Assembly: GCA_964252035.1 (NCBI GenBank)
Contig: OZ176200.1
From: Podarcis erhardii
Taxonomy: Eukaryota
Length of the DNA stretch: 64,000 nucleotides
Direction: 5' to 3' (one strand)
Numbering within the stretch: position 1 is the stretch's first letter; the number at the start of each line of letters is the position of its first letter. The notes beneath the pieces are model-generated. The model was not told the DNA's origin. It was given only the letters and a program-made list of their open reading frames with translations, and did not search any database. Positions 23,613 through 37,912 of this stretch are shown here, piece by piece. Made by a program: the position numbers and the translations under genes.

Positions 23613-25575
23613 CCCCCCCCCCCGCTCTCTTCCACCCCCTCTCCCGCTTTCCCCTCCAGTGTGGTAATGACATTTTTCTGGTAAATAAGTGGTTAGTTGA
23701 ACAGGTCTTCCTTTGAACATGTAGGGGGGAAACTGAAAGACCAGTTCCTCACCCATTCCTGCCTTCTGTGTATGTACTAGTAATGTTACAGTTAGCCAGC
23801 TGACAATCTGTCTATGTTTTAGTTTCAGGGCCCAGTTGTTTAAAGTACTTAAATAAAAAATTGTCTGTGGTAGTTCAGCTCATAATTCTTCATTGTGCAT
23901 ATCTCAGGAATATGGGTTTTCTGAACAATGTTCTGGTGGCCTCTATTGGTTAGAATCTAATTTAGAATCTGTGACTTGTAATTTAGTAAACAAAACCCAT
24001 TATGTTAATGTTACACATGCTATACAAATGTCTTGAGGTTTTCCCCCTCGGTAACTAAAATTAGATCAATTAAAATATTTGATTAGGAATAATATATTTC
24101 CCTTATTCTGGCCTTGTTTGCATGCAGTGCTTAACCATAGTGTATGAACACTTAGCTCTTCCCTTTCTGCTGACTGTCCCCATGTAAGGGAGGAAACAAG
24201 CCTCATTCTGGCTTGTCATAATGGGCAAAGCTGGCATTTCTACCTTTGTGTTTGTTTGGAGAGAAATAGCCATGAGCACTCATTTGCACAAGCAAACACC
24301 TCTCAAGACAAGTTTGACTCTTGCTTATTTCTCTCCCTTTGTCCCAAAGACAGGAGTAGGGAAGCAAAAGCACTCATACATGTTAACCTATAGTTTATTT
24401 GTATTTGAAGCTGTGGTTTCACAGTGTTTACAAATCTGGGAATTATTTACATTTTATGGAAAGTTTTGAAGACATAAACAGATGATGTAATACTATTAGC
24501 ATGCTTAAAGAATGGTACATTGTATCTGTTTCATGAGGGACAGTCAACAACAAAAATGTTAATGGCAACTTTTGAACTTCCTAAATTGTTGTAATAATTT
24601 AGTTACTTTAAAACTGTTTTTTATAATAAATTCCCCAACCCCCATGGGTACCTCTCCACCTCACTGGCATTCCTTGCCTTTTCTCATTATCGTTCTTTTA
24701 AAAATGCTTGAATTTTTACAGAAGTCTTTTACTCTTTCAAACATTTTAAGCAGTGATCAGGAGACATTCTCTGACATTAGGCCTGCTTTGAGTTCTGTAG
24801 CTCATGCATTTAAGAATAAATGAGAGACTGAGAACAACATTTGAAATAGCCTTTTATTTCAGAGGACTGTTGACTAAATCTGTCAGAATTAAAATGATGC
24901 ATGAAATAGTTAAGATGAATGCTTGGCTTTAAATCAGTTTGGTTCCAGTGATTTCAGCAGAATTAAAGGCATGAGCCTGAAACTGCAGCTTTCTATCTGT
25001 AAAACTGGTGCACCTTCACTTGCCTACCACTGTGATGCTACTAATGAAAGTGGGATATTACAGTGCTCCAAGTAAATACAATAATTTTGAAGATAATTTG
25101 ATCCCAGAATAATATAGGAATACAAAACTGATCTGATTTTAAGAAATGTGTATCTTCTACTTATATTAAAATTCAGCTCTAACTGGTACAAAAATGAAGG
25201 GTGATATCTAACTAAGTTTTTCTTAGAGTACACCTATTGAAATTGGTATAATTCTATGGAAATTGGTAGTCTAGTGAATTCAGTGAGCACAATTTGAGTA
25301 TGACTAACACCAGATATCAACCAAACAATTTTAGTTCATTTTGCACTATTAAAGAGACTTGGTTTGTATGTGAGAGATGCTGTATGTCAGGAATCCCAAA
25401 CTTCATTTGCAGAGTCTATGTTTAACAGTACAAAATTGTACAGTGCTCAGATACACAGTGCTCACACAATACATGGATTGCATTTTGTTAAAAATATTTT
25501 CAGACCCTTTTCCTTTTTCATTGCTTTGAAGTGGACTGTTGTGTTTGCTATGTAACTCCTTGAGAGTGGAGTGGG

Positions 25576-25777
25576 TAGGGCTGGCCCAAGACATTTTGGC
25601 AACTGAGGAAAACCACACAATAGTAACCTCCTCCCCACCAGGAAAGAAGTAAATGAAGATCTACATCATGAGCAGGGGGTGGGGTGGGGATAAAGATCTA
25701 TATTGGGATCTGCTGCCCCTATGGGTCCTGCTGTCAGAGGCAGTTGCCCACCTTGCCTCATGTATGGGCCAGCTTTG
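25576..25777. mobile_element. hAT-like non-autonomous DNA transposon
   Basis: tagggctggcccaagacatttt ... ccttgcctcatgtatgggccagctttg, cagggccggccc-type TIRs. Confidence 0.55.
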
Positions 25778-26439
25778 ACTGTGGGTATGGATTTGGAATG
25801 TATTTAACCAGACATTGGATTATGTTACTGAGTAGTTTGAAGTAGTCTAATGTCAGTTTTAGCAATTATCTTTAAGCACCCCCAGTCCTAAATGCATTTT
25901 TCAGGAAACCAGTTACATTGTTCAGCTGGAACTTTAGTGCAGTTTGTTTGGAGCTTGAAACATTATTATTTATTAAATTTATATCTTGCCCTTCCTGCAG
26001 TGGAACCCAGCCCAAAGGAAAATGTGTGGCTCAAATTAATCTGTTTTGACCTTCCTCTCCTACACGGGAAATGAATTCCTATTGCTATTGGCTGCTTACA
26101 CCGCTGTAGTCATGCTGTAGTAAATGAATCACTCTTGTTTACTACAAATTATGTGTCTCCACCTTTCTGGCATGGAGGCCTGGATCTCTCAGTGGATTAT
26201 TCTAATAAATGCTTTTTATATCCACTAAGTATTTCAGATTGCATTGCATTGCTTTGTACTCTCAACATAAAGGGAAAGCTTGTGTCATTTTGGAAATAAA
26301 ATTCTCCCTCCAAAATTGGTATGTAAGTATGTAAATTCTTAGTGCATCTGCATCTGGCTTTATGTTTGTGAAGGGATTGCCAATTGCCACCTCCTAATGT
26401 AGATTGCTTAACAGGTTTGCTTTATTAACAATGTTAACC

Positions 26440-26815
26440 TTGAAGATGGTTTGGAAGCTGCAACTGACATAGAAAGCCACTACCTGTGTGTTGTCAGGGG
26501 CAATGTCAGTGAGATATGCCAAGCCGAATTCAAGGGGTTGGTACTAACATATAAAGCCCTAAACAGCTCAGGCTCTAAGTATATAAAGGGTCATGCCTCC
26601 CAGTACCAGCCAACTAGAGTTTAAGATGTGAAGTGGGGAAAGGCTTTGGTACTAGTGCCATTGATGTGTTCTTGGGGCAACCACATGAAGCAGTGCATTC
26701 TCAGTGATGGTACCCTGCTTATGGAAATTTGTCCATTTAGAAATCAGGTTGGCACCTACACTAGTTTTGTTTAGGTGTCAGGTAAAAACTTGTTTATTTC
26801 TACAGGTCTCCAGCC
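26440..26815 (+). mobile_element. Old L2 LINE 3' fragment
   Basis: gatggtttggaagctgcaactg ... ttcaaggggttggtactaacatataaagccctaaacagctcagg corresponds to the L2 KLQLVQ/FKVLVLTYKALN region. Confidence 0.65.
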
Positions 26816-26959
26816 TTATGATTGAAGACACTTGAAGTTAACACGAAAAAATCCTGAGTAAAGTATTAATCTATAAGCAAAATGGATGTTACCTGCATCA
26901 CCTGCCTAAATTGCTGTGTTATACCTGTTGCAATATATTCATTGTGTATTTGTAGTTTT

Positions 26960-27075
26960 AAATGTGATTTCTAAGATTTTCTGTTAGCATGGTTTTATTA
27001 GAAACGTTAGCCACCCTGGGAACTTTCAGAAGGAAGAACGGCATATAAGAAAACAACAACAACAACAACAATAAA
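26960..27075 (+). mobile_element. L2-type 3' tail ending in (CAA)n
   Basis: ttagccaccctgggaact ... gaagaacggcatataagaaaacaacaacaacaacaacaataaata. Confidence 0.5.
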
Positions 27076-27240
27076 TATGAACTTCTACATTTAATAAGAC
27101 ACACATAGCAGCTTAGAGATAAATTTACAGGACTATAATAAATCCAAAATTTGGTCAAAAAGGCATAGACATGTATTTCTCAAAAAATTTAGACTAAAAC
27201 CGTTTACAGCTCATATATTTATTGAAAGGTTTTTGCTATA

Positions 27241-27462
27241 CAATCATACCTTGGTTCTCAAACAGAATCCATTCTGGAAGTCTGTTTGACTTCCGAAAAC
27301 ATTCAAAAACCAAGACGTGGCTTCCTGCACTCAATTGGAAGCTGCGTTGGAGGTTCAGCTTCCAAAAAACATTTGCAAACCGGAACACTCACTTCCAGGT
27401 TTGTGGCATTTGGGAGCCAAAATGTTCAAGTCATAAGGTGTTTGAGAACCAAGGTACGACTG
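27241..27462. mobile_element. Tigger-like MITE (same family as 2120-2369)
   Basis: TA|caatcataccttggttctcaaac ... gtttgagaaccaaggtacgactg|TA; shares acagaatccattctggaagt...tttgacttcc with the 2120 copy. Confidence 0.85.
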
Positions 27463-28062
27463 TATACCGCAAAACCTGGAAGGATCAAGCATAGCAGGCG
27501 TCATTTGAAGGGAATTTATTACATGAAGGGTGGGGACTGGATCTGGCCAGCGGGCTTGATTCTTATCTATCTTAGCCCCCAAATTTGACAGATAGACAAG
27601 GCCATCCACCTGTCAGTCACCTGATGTGCCAGTGGAATTGGGTGACAGTGCTTTGAAGTCCCAAAAATCAGCTGATGGTTTGGAATTCAAAGCAAGGTGC
27701 AAAGAAAGCTCATCAAAGGAGAGACCTGCTGCTGATAAAAACTGAGTTCCCTTGTCCTCAGACTAAGTGGTGGTTCTCATGCTTGATCTGTCCAAATTAA
27801 TTCTGTATTCAGGATTACTTTTTGGTAAACTTCAAGCATCTTCAGTCATATAATTTTGGGAAGTGCACCTGTATATGCTGCACACACAGGTTTGTCCTAT
27901 TCATACTTGACATAATCTAAAAATTATAAGAAGGAAGATAATTAAGTGAATTAGCTGCTACTATGAAAATAAAACTTGATTTGCTTCTCGGTCTCATGGA
28001 GTTGGTATAAAGGTCAGATGACAGAAACCCATATAAGCTGCCTTCAGTGTTTGGGAGATAGG

Positions 28063-28064
<2 letters not shown>

Positions 28065-28092
<28 letters not shown>
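28065..28092. repeat. (AC)14 microsatellite
   Basis: Read directly from the sequence. Confidence 0.95.
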
Positions 28093-28101
<9 letters not shown>

Positions 28102-31100
28102 ACCTATCTCACCTGAGAATGATATACAAAATCCAGTTTAAAAAAATCTTGTCTAATTTGGTAGCTTGGTACTGTTATCTGCTCAGTTGCTTTGGCACTG
28201 TAGCATTTCTCTTTGTTCTGAGCACAAACCGAACTGTGGTTTGACTGCCTTGAAGAAACACTCAGGACAATGTATTCTGCACACAGCTGTTTGTTGTACG
28301 CTCATTAAAGAGAGGAGTAGGGATTGGATTGTAACCCTCCACTCTTTGTAGAAGGTCTCCAGGGCAGCATTTCTGTGAAAGAGGTAGACATTTAGAAGTG
28401 CAGTAATCCACTTGCTCTCCCTTTCCTGTATGTGTATTATGATTGCATGGATAAAAAAAGGGAATGCAAACTGCTGAGGTGAGTTTTCTGTTTGCTACAT
28501 GCAGCACTAGGAGTTCTGTGTTGTTCTGTGATAATCTCAACAGTTTTTATTGGGTTAGATCTAGACATCACCATCCACAAATGGAAGGACTTCTTCCATT
28601 CATGGAAGAGGCTGAGATCCAGCAGAGGCTGTTGCTAGAGGAGGGGATGATTTTAACTGATGCCCCTGGCTCCACTTCCTGTAATGTTTTGGAAGCCCCT
28701 CAGACCCTCACAGAACTGCTTTTATGGAAATGCAGAGGGAATGAGAAATTGGTATGAATATACCCTTCCTCCCCCCTGCAGGTAGTTTGGTTCCAACTAA
28801 TTGTGTGATCTTATGTGGCATTGTAATATAGACCTTTAACCATTGGATGAGGGGAAAAGTACTGTCATGTGACTAAAACAGTATGGCAGTGTCACTTCAT
28901 TGATCTCGGGGCTCAGTGTTATAAATGTTTTCTCAAGGTAATTTGTTTTTGGGGTTTTTTGCTTGCAAGGTTATTCCTTTGTAGTTTGGTGAGGGAATCT
29001 GCTTATTAGTACTTCATTTGTGTTGTGTAGTCCTAGTTCACTCCTACAGTTATGAGGAGTTGGAAAAGCACAGCAAACTCCACTACCCAAAGAAGGCCCC
29101 TGAGTTAAGACTGTAAGAAGCTGTGTATGTTAATTCCTAAGCACCTGTAATTTAGCAAGTGCTAAGTCGGGTGAAGCTTTTTCTAGATACTGGTATACCA
29201 TGGAAGCGCACCATATTATTTTTGTCTTCGGATGATGGATGGCAAAACGCAAATTTGCAATTAAGGTGCATGATGATATCATATTCATCTGGCTAATGGA
29301 GCAGCCTTTCTTATTTTGCCTTCCTGGATCCTAAGTTCTTGATGATGCTACAGAGTTATTTCTTACATTGACACCACTCCATAAATTCTTATTGGCCAGC
29401 TAAAATTCATTGCCAAAATGTAACTGCATAAAAGCGGTTGCTTTTCAATACTGGATCCATTCACCTGCAGTGGGGAACTATGGTTTGAATATTCACGTGC
29501 AACCTTGGGCTCCTGTGCTTCTTCTCCCTGCCCTGGATGCACCTGTTCCAGCTCTCATTTCCTGGTTTGATCAAAACATAGTTGGCTGTTGTGTCCAAAT
29601 TAGGCAAAATGTGGCCTCATCAAGTCAGAAAGTGAAAAAGGGAATTTGCCCACAGAAGGGACAGGGAAGTGCATAAGTTCAAAGCTTTGGCATGAATATT
29701 TAAATTCTAAAGTGAGAGAATTGAAGGATATGAGGAGGGTGCAAAGTGTAAGCCCAAAGTTCCAGCACAAACAGCCAAACAATTGTTTTGAATTATGTGT
29801 AAAAGGAGGTGTAAAGCCTGCTTGGTTTGGTTGTCTAGGGCCAAGGGGCTCTGGCCCCCTTTACAGTGCCATGACCAAATAACCCTTAGAGCTGGGAAAG
29901 AGGCAGGGATTGCTCTGCAGCTGCCAGGCTACTTCCCAACCACTGCTGTAGCTTCCAGTTGAGACAGCTGGGGCTCATCACACCTGCCACAGGTGGTGGT
30001 ACGCTCACCAAGGCAATAAGAATTATGCAAGACAGCTGCTAATGCTGTTTGGTTTTGGTAACTGTATAAACTTGCGTAATGATGTTTGGTGGCAGTAAAC
30101 CACTGTCTGGGGGAAAATGGTTTCAGAAAGCAAGATGAACTCTGATTATCAATTTATTTTGTGGTATGTTGATGGTGATGATGACGTATAAGCAAAAATC
30201 CTAAGAAAATAAATATGACTCAAATGTGTAGACCCATTCTTTGACAATTGACTTGAATTTGTACTAACTTCATTTGTCAGTTAGCACCTTTACGTTTTTT
30301 ACACCAAGAGATATGTCTGTGTCTCTAGAGTTCATAACCTAGCACAAATCTGAACTTGACTTACTAAAAACAATCCAACTATGATCCTCTTGGCTTTGGT
30401 AAAATCCTAAAGCTAATAAAGTAGAGCTGTTTGTGATTAATACATCTTTTGCTCATACATTTCTGAAACAGACTAAATATTTTAGTTTGATATGCAATTC
30501 ATAATGCCTTTAAATTGGATTTCATGGTCTGTATAATTATGAACAGTAACTTGCTGTAGTGTTCATGGAGTTAACTGTGTAAGATGAGGCTTGTAGACTT
30601 GGCTAGATCTCTTTATCTGTATTTAAAAAATTGATCTATTGAAGTAGAATGTAAATAAGGTTCAGAAGTTTGTACTGCTCACTCTTTCAATTAAAATAAA
30701 CATGCCTGTTCCATTTTGCATGTATAAACTTGCAGTTAACCTGTTGGAACAGCTTAACCATTAGAAGCGGGTATCATATTTCTCAAGGTATGCACATAAA
30801 AGGGTGCAGGTGGAGATCAGTGATCAATATTTAGGACTTTTAAATGATATTTCTTTTAAATGATAACATTTATTATTATTTCTATTTGTAGTGTGCTAGC
30901 CTAACAGCTAACCAGTGCCTCCCACCAAATCCAAGAATAAGTACTTGATCATCTGGTTTAGCAGAATGGGAGCGTTAAGTGGCTGCACCATCAATATTAC
31001 TCTTACATGTTGCTACTTGTGGTTATTAAATTAGATTAGTTCTGGAAATGTGCCCTTGTGATAGGTCTGGGGTGGGAGCAGATGCCCTTGGACTCTTCTC

Positions 31101-32716
31101 TCCCTTCTTGGAAATTTGGAAGGGTTCTTCTGACAGCTGCTACAAGGCACAGTGATACAGTTAAGTGCTTCCCTCCCAATTCTGTGCGTGCAGAAGACTC
31201 TACTACTGTATATCTATACCTACAGTTTCCTAATTTTAGAAGTGTGCTAGTGGTTAGTGCATTTGTTCCTAGGTTTCAGAAATAGGATAGAATATGGATG
31301 AATATCTTATAGACAGATGTTTGGCTAAAGTTGACATTTTGTAAACTAAGTTTAAGATTGTGCTATTGCTTTTATTCTTCCTTGAACCCCTCAAATTGTT
31401 CCTTGAGGGCATGAGATGCCTGGAGAAAATGTTGAGTTGAGTATATTAGAAAGGTTTGTTTTTAAGGAAGGTAGCATAATACAATATTAGTGCAAAGGTA
31501 AGAAGGAACTAATTTTAGTAGAAGTCCTGGTGATTAATATCATATGAGAAATCTGTGTGCACGCACCCCCTCGGTTTTTCAGCTACAGCTGGTCATCTTG
31601 AGCAAACTATTTTCTTGCTAACGAGACTAGATCACTTCATTGCTGAGTGACTGTATCCCAGTTTGGTTTTGCTTGTAGAACAAAAGTTTGGCCTTAATAC
31701 TAAGGAGTCTTCTTTATTATACAACTAATTACATAATTCAGCAAATGCTGCATCTTTAGCCAGAATTCTAAAACAATAAAGCTGATTCTTAATTTGTTAT
31801 TCTTTTTAAATATATTTTAAATAAAGCATTATAATTTTTTAACCATTAAATGTGTTAAAAGAAGAGCACAATATTTTATATTGGTGTTTAGCAAAATTTA
31901 GGAAACAGGATCTGGTGGTAAGATGCTAGCTGCTGTCCTAATGATACTGTTGAGTTTTATGTGCATTTCTGCATCTTTCCACCTGCATTTGTCTGCTTTA
32001 TCTTGAGCACTGAGATGTTTGCAGCTGTGGGCTTCCAGGGATGCCCATTTGATCAAACTTTACAAGTTTCTTCCTGTTCCCAGGGCACCAAATGCATTGA
32101 AGTACTTCATTGTAAACATATAAAAAGCGGATGTTATGTACCTCCTCAGATCAGATCTATCTTTAACAGCTTCCCTGTGCTGTCTTGTGAACCATGAAGG
32201 AAAGCTTGACAGTAGACAATTGTGAAGTGCTCTGACAGTTATTCATCTTAATCTTACTGTTACCTTGTCTATGTGTTTTGTGCTTCTGGTGTATATTGTC
32301 TTTGATCTTGAGTGGAGAAGACGTCAGTCATGTACAACACATAGCACAATGGGACTGCTAAGCATTAATAATGCTAGCACAAATTTAAGAATTAAGGTAA
32401 GAGACCACTAGAGGACAATTCAGCTTCATCTTTGAGGCTCTGGGCTGTTTGCTGCAAACACAAGTGGCAAGATTTATTTTTGTTTTGTGAAATGAGCAAC
32501 CCATACTGAACCTATGCTTTAGGAGTTCCACTGATTACATATCTGCAATTACTTTTTGATAACTTCTGCAAGCAGAACATTAAAAAGCATAGCCTGTAAC
32601 TACTAACAGAATTTCCATAGTGATTTTAGATGTTCGTACACATATTGCCAAAGCTTCAGTTTAAAGCTGTACTCTCTCATTCTTTCTGATAATCCACACT
32701 GTCATAAATCCACACT

Positions 32717-32927
32717 GGGCACAATCCAGCCAAAGTTAAGCACTTTTAGATCCCATTTATTTAAATGGAAGATGCTCAATGTGTACTTGAATGCTCCATA
32801 GAAATCAGTGAGATTTAAGCTGCAATCCTTTATTAGGAGCGAGATCCATGGAATGCAGTGGAACTTTCTGTTGAGTAGACATGTTTAAGAGGATGTTATA
32901 AATTGTTTAACTTGGCTGGGTTGTGCC
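32717..32927. mobile_element. MITE with roughly 25-bp TIRs
   Basis: gggcacaatccagccaaagttaagca ... tgtttaacttggctgggttgtgcct. Confidence 0.65.
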
Positions 32928-33264
32928 TATTGTATTAAGCTTTTAAAAAATATATTTCTGAAGTAGATGGCACTATTGTTTCTTCATGGGCAAGGATAGA
33001 GTAGAAATTATTTTAAAACTAAAATTATTAATGCAAAGGTTATGGTATCTATTTTGCTTGTAACACAAGCTATATGGTTTGCAGCATCATTGGTTTCCAA
33101 AATATATAAACAACTAGGAGCCAATGGGCTCAGATTCTTAAAGCACAGATATTTGTATTACTACCAAATTGAATGGCCAAAATTTTGATAATATTTGACA
33201 CTTAAAAGTTGTCAAAATATGTGCTGCTGTGTATTGTTATAAGTATTGTTGACCTTCCTTAAAA

Positions 33265-33420
33265 GAGATGGTGACTGGCCCAAAGTTACCCATTGAGCTT
33301 CATAGCTGAGTGGGGATTTGAACCCTGGTCTCCTAGGTCCTAGTTCTAAACACTACACTACACTACACTACACTACACTACACTACACTACACTACACTA
33401 CACTACACTACACTACAGAC
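33265..33420 (-). mobile_element. Squam3-like SINE 5' half with an expanded A-box region
   Basis: Minus-strand B box ggttcaaatcc (33314-33324) and core gggtaactttgggccagtcacc. Confidence 0.7.
33351..33415. repeat. (CACTA)13 pentanucleotide microsatellite
   Basis: Read directly from the sequence; perfect array. Confidence 0.97.
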
Positions 33421-35470
33421 ACTTTCTTCCAATGTATTTTGCAGTAGGGTATCCCAAGCAAAGCTATGTGTTGCATCAGGAAAAGCACACTTTTTTCCTA
33501 AGCTTCCCTGGATTGATTTTCACTTGAGAAATCACATGTCCATCTTTTTTTAGCCAAGATGTTAATTCATAAACAAAAATTAAGAAACTTGACTCTTTTA
33601 GGGAGTATTTTTATATCCCAAGGTGATTGTATATAAGGGTGAAAAAAATGTCCCAAAATAACACTACATTTGGGTTGAGTTTTGTAAGTTTTATTTGCTC
33701 TTCTTGGGATGTGTTTTGCTTGAGCTGCTTTTTATTTACAGAAAGAAAACTGTAAATGATAACTGGCTGAAACTTCCATGTAGTTGACAATAAATTAAAC
33801 TACTGTGTGGGTCTACTTTTGTGTAACTTCTATACTGAAAAGTCACCCTGAGTGGGCTACAACCCCATTTTCCGCATGGAATATTCATTTATAGGAACAG
33901 TAATGATCACAAGGCAGCATGCAGAAATAGGGCAAAGACATAGTAAGCAGAGGATAGTGTTTGAAGAAGCAGTTATAGGGCTGAGATACTGTTCATTTCA
34001 TTTCTGCCTTATTTGATTGATCAACTAACAGTTTCCACTAGATGAAGTCTAGAACACACTTGTATAAATGCCACCGAATCTTTTTATGTGGTTATCTGAT
34101 AGTAATAGCAGGAGTGGAAGCTTCTTGCTCCCCAGCCCTAGAGGAGTCATGACCTCTTCAGGGAAATTTTATCCTTTCTTCGCATTTAGCTTAGCTTTTA
34201 ATGAGCATGTGCAGGCATCTTTGAACAGTAACACAATTTAGGGCAACTTATAAATATGCCCTCAAAAGTTACCAGCCTTTTTTTACTAGTTTGGAAACAA
34301 GCTAGTATTTTGTGTTTTCATCCTGGCCACAGCGGAGGCCAACCCCTCTCCTCCAAGCTACTAGCCTCTTAGAAGGCTGTTTAAAAGATCTTCTACTAAG
34401 CACATTGGCAGAAAAGGGTTGAGGCAATTTTTCCTTCCTTTGGCAGTCTGCTCACTTGTCTTCATGGAATTTCATATCCTTATATCCATGGAATTCTGGT
34501 CTCTTATGACTACCAGGCAAGTTGTTAAATACAAGACTGGTTTAGCAGAATGGAGGAATAAATAACACTGTTGAACATCACAGTAGCCAGGTTACGAGTG
34601 CCCAGGAGCCTGAACTAACCAATCATTTTCATTTAATAAGAGGTAGACTCTCCATATTATGTAGTGTGATGTTCTATAAAGCTTCTTGGAAGGTGTGAAG
34701 TCCTAGGAGGCAGCTTTTAAATAATCAAAACAACTGGCTGTGCTCTTACTATTATTGTAAATTGGGACAGGAAGGTTATTCATGAAGAATTGGTAGTACT
34801 GGTTGGAGTGTATAGATTTTGCTTTTTTGCTTTAAGACAATAGCAAATTACCTTGCTTTCAATTTGGGATTGTGCCATGTATAGACATGGCAGCCATCCT
34901 ATAATAAAAAGTAAAGTCAATTTCACATACCAGAGCCTCTGAACTGAAGGGTACTTTTCAGTCAAGGACAGAGTAGAGAAGAACTTTTGGATAGACATAA
35001 TGCATGAATGACTTCAGGTAGAAATATCTACTCTGATTCAGCTGCTGTAAAAGCCACCTGCTTTTCAAAAGATAGTCTTCACAGAATTTCTAATTGAGAA
35101 GAATAAATTTATTCTTCTATAGCACACATATAACTTAATCAGCCTCCCACTTATTTCACCCCCCCCCCTAGAGTAATACAGGTTTACTAATGTTTAGACA
35201 ATCTCACTTTGACAGTGTCCCATCTGAAAATTGAGGGATGTCCTCTCTGGGGTACTAAAGCACAATATATCTTTCATTTACATGGGTGAAACACAAACTT
35301 TTGTTGGTCTTTGATATCTGGTCAATAGACTTGTCTTACAATTGCCCTTGATATTTTTTCAGTAATTTATCTAACGTCTACCGTAAGTAGTTAAAGTAAT
35401 ACCTTAATAGTGAGTACTTGGCTGTACTTTTTCTAAATACTAATGCATTGTTTCATCTTAATTTGTGTAG

Positions 35471-35531
35471 GAAGAATACTGACAATTGAATTGCTGCCTT
35501 TATACTGTAAAATAATTGCAATAAAGTGGGG
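35471..35531 (+). other. SPOPL: 5' UTR part of SPOPL exon 2 (61 nt)
   Basis: Pyrimidine-rich acceptor tttcatcttaatttgtgtag| at 35470; no ATG before 35532. Confidence 0.8.
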
Positions 35532-35609
35532 ATGTCAAGAGTCTCCACTCCTCCACCACCTGGAGAGATGTCCAGTGGTCCTATAGCTGAAAGCTGGTGT
35601 TACACACAG
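35532..35609 (+). CDS. SPOPL: SPOPL coding exon 2 (start codon; [26 protein letters not shown])
   Basis: ATG at 35532; the 78 nt translate to the SPOP/SPOPL N-terminus ending [11 protein letters not shown]; donor cag|gtaagc. Not in the ORF track because it is short. Confidence 0.96.
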
Positions 35610-36084
35610 GTAAGCCACATACCTGTATGTATGTGTGTGTCCAGGTTTTGTTAATGGCATGTTTAATAGTAGGACACTTTCAGATGTAGCTTCCAACAGT
35701 AATGCAATGTGATACCCAGAATTCTGGTTCCAAGTAAAAGGAATAAGAAGGCAAAAAAGGTAATATAATAAAGAGAACCAATCAGAAAATGTAAAAAATA
35801 AGGTGACGGGTGAGATCAGCAATATAATAGGCAAAAATCAAATACTGACGGTTGTATCCAGTGATTGGGAGGATTTGCAAGGGTGAGGACATCCATTGAG
35901 AAACATTCATTGTGCAAGCTTCCTTCTATTTGTGCAGCTATTGAATACAACCGAAGGTTGCTGAGATATAGGACAAATGAATTAACCACCTAAAGTCTAC
36001 AATAATTCAACCTGTGGCTCTGAAAAAGCCTGCAGTTGCTGGTGGATAACTGATCAAATAAGGGGCCCCTAAGGAATGAATAAG

Positions 36085-36439
36085 GGGACGCGGGTGGCGC
36101 TGTGGGTTAAACCACAGAGCCTAGGACTTGCCGATCAGAAGGTCAGCGGTTCGAATCCCCGCCACGGGGTGAGCTCCCGTTGCTTAGTCCCTGCTCCTGC
36201 CAACCTAGCAGTTTGAAAGCACGTCAAAGTGCAATTAGATAAATAGGTACCACTCTAGCGGGAAGGTAAACGGCGTTTCTGTGCGCTGCTCTGGTTCGCC
36301 AGAAGTGGCTTAGTCATGCTGGCCACATGACCCAGAAGCTGTACGCCAGCTCCCTCGTTCAATAAAGCGAGATGAGTGCCGCAACCCCAAAGTCATCCGT
36401 GACTGGACCTAATGGTCAGGGGTCCCTTTACCTTTACCT
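36085..36439 (+). mobile_element. Full-length Sauria SINE (Squam1, lacertid type) in SPOPL intron 2
   Basis: gggacgcgggtggcgctgtgg head, ggttcgaatcc B box, (ACCTTT)n tail; 12-bp TSD taaggaatgaat at 36070-36081 and 36440-36451. Confidence 0.95.
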
Positions 36440-36676
36440 TAAGGAATGAATCTTCCTCAAATGTCATACGTTGGTAGCTTATGGAATTCTATTCTGAAAC
36501 TGACTTATGGAATCCTATTCTGAAACAAGTGCACAATATAAGCTGCAGTGACTCCTTAATTCTATGAGATATTCCTCCCCCCAAAAAACCAGTTTAAACC
36601 AGTTGAGGTTATTTCTTCAATAACTGCTTTAAAAAAATTTAAGATGAAGAAAAGTGAATCTGGTGAATTTACGTGA

Positions 36677-36820
<144 letters not shown>

Positions 36821-37411
36821 TAGGTATTAGTCATTTGTCAGTGGCTTCTCACTTTCTTTTCTTTAAGCATACGGTCTCTTGAGAATCTGTGAATATGTCA
36901 TAAATAAAATCACATGTATGGTGGTTTATCCTCCAGTCTTAAAACTGTATTATTGTTGAAAGTGGGGCAAACTATCACTGATTTTATGCTACATTACAGA
37001 GATCTGAACAGCTAACGGTTTGAAATACTATATAGTTTGTGGCAAAATAAGGCAAGATGATGTAATGTGTTGTATTAGGGCCAGAGAGACATTGGGTTAA
37101 AATCTTCATTTGTGAGGTTACTGAGAGCAATTTGGGCAATTCGGGGGCCCAGTTTGCATGTAATACTAAGCCAAGCCAAGTTCGCGGAAGAAAGATTGCT
37201 GCAGCTTTGCTGCTCTTTCATTGCAGCTCCTGCCACAGTGCTGTGAGCAAAGCCATGGGAGCCAGGGTTAGTTGCATGACTTGCTGCCTTGTGGACTTGT
37301 CTGGAGGAAGCAAATTATGGCTCAGCTCACATTCGTGTGGCACTAGCAGGGTTCCCTATTTGTAAACTGCCCTGTGATCCTTGGATGAAGGGTGGTATAG
37401 AAATGTAATAA

Positions 37412-37912
<501 letters not shown>

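Noticed and set aside
28559-28751. Possible extra exon in intron 1 (ag|atctag ... ttg|gtatga) encoding MEGLLPFMEEAEIQQRLLL
   Set aside because: The acceptor is poor, there is no homology I recognise, and splicing to exon 2 hits a stop after three codons, so it cannot extend SPOPL.
33318-33527. ORF with HYTTL repeats; also poly-Ile/Tyr ORFs at 14075-14537 and 39371-39598 and the ER-repeat ORFs at 23476-23756
   Set aside because: These are translations of microsatellites.
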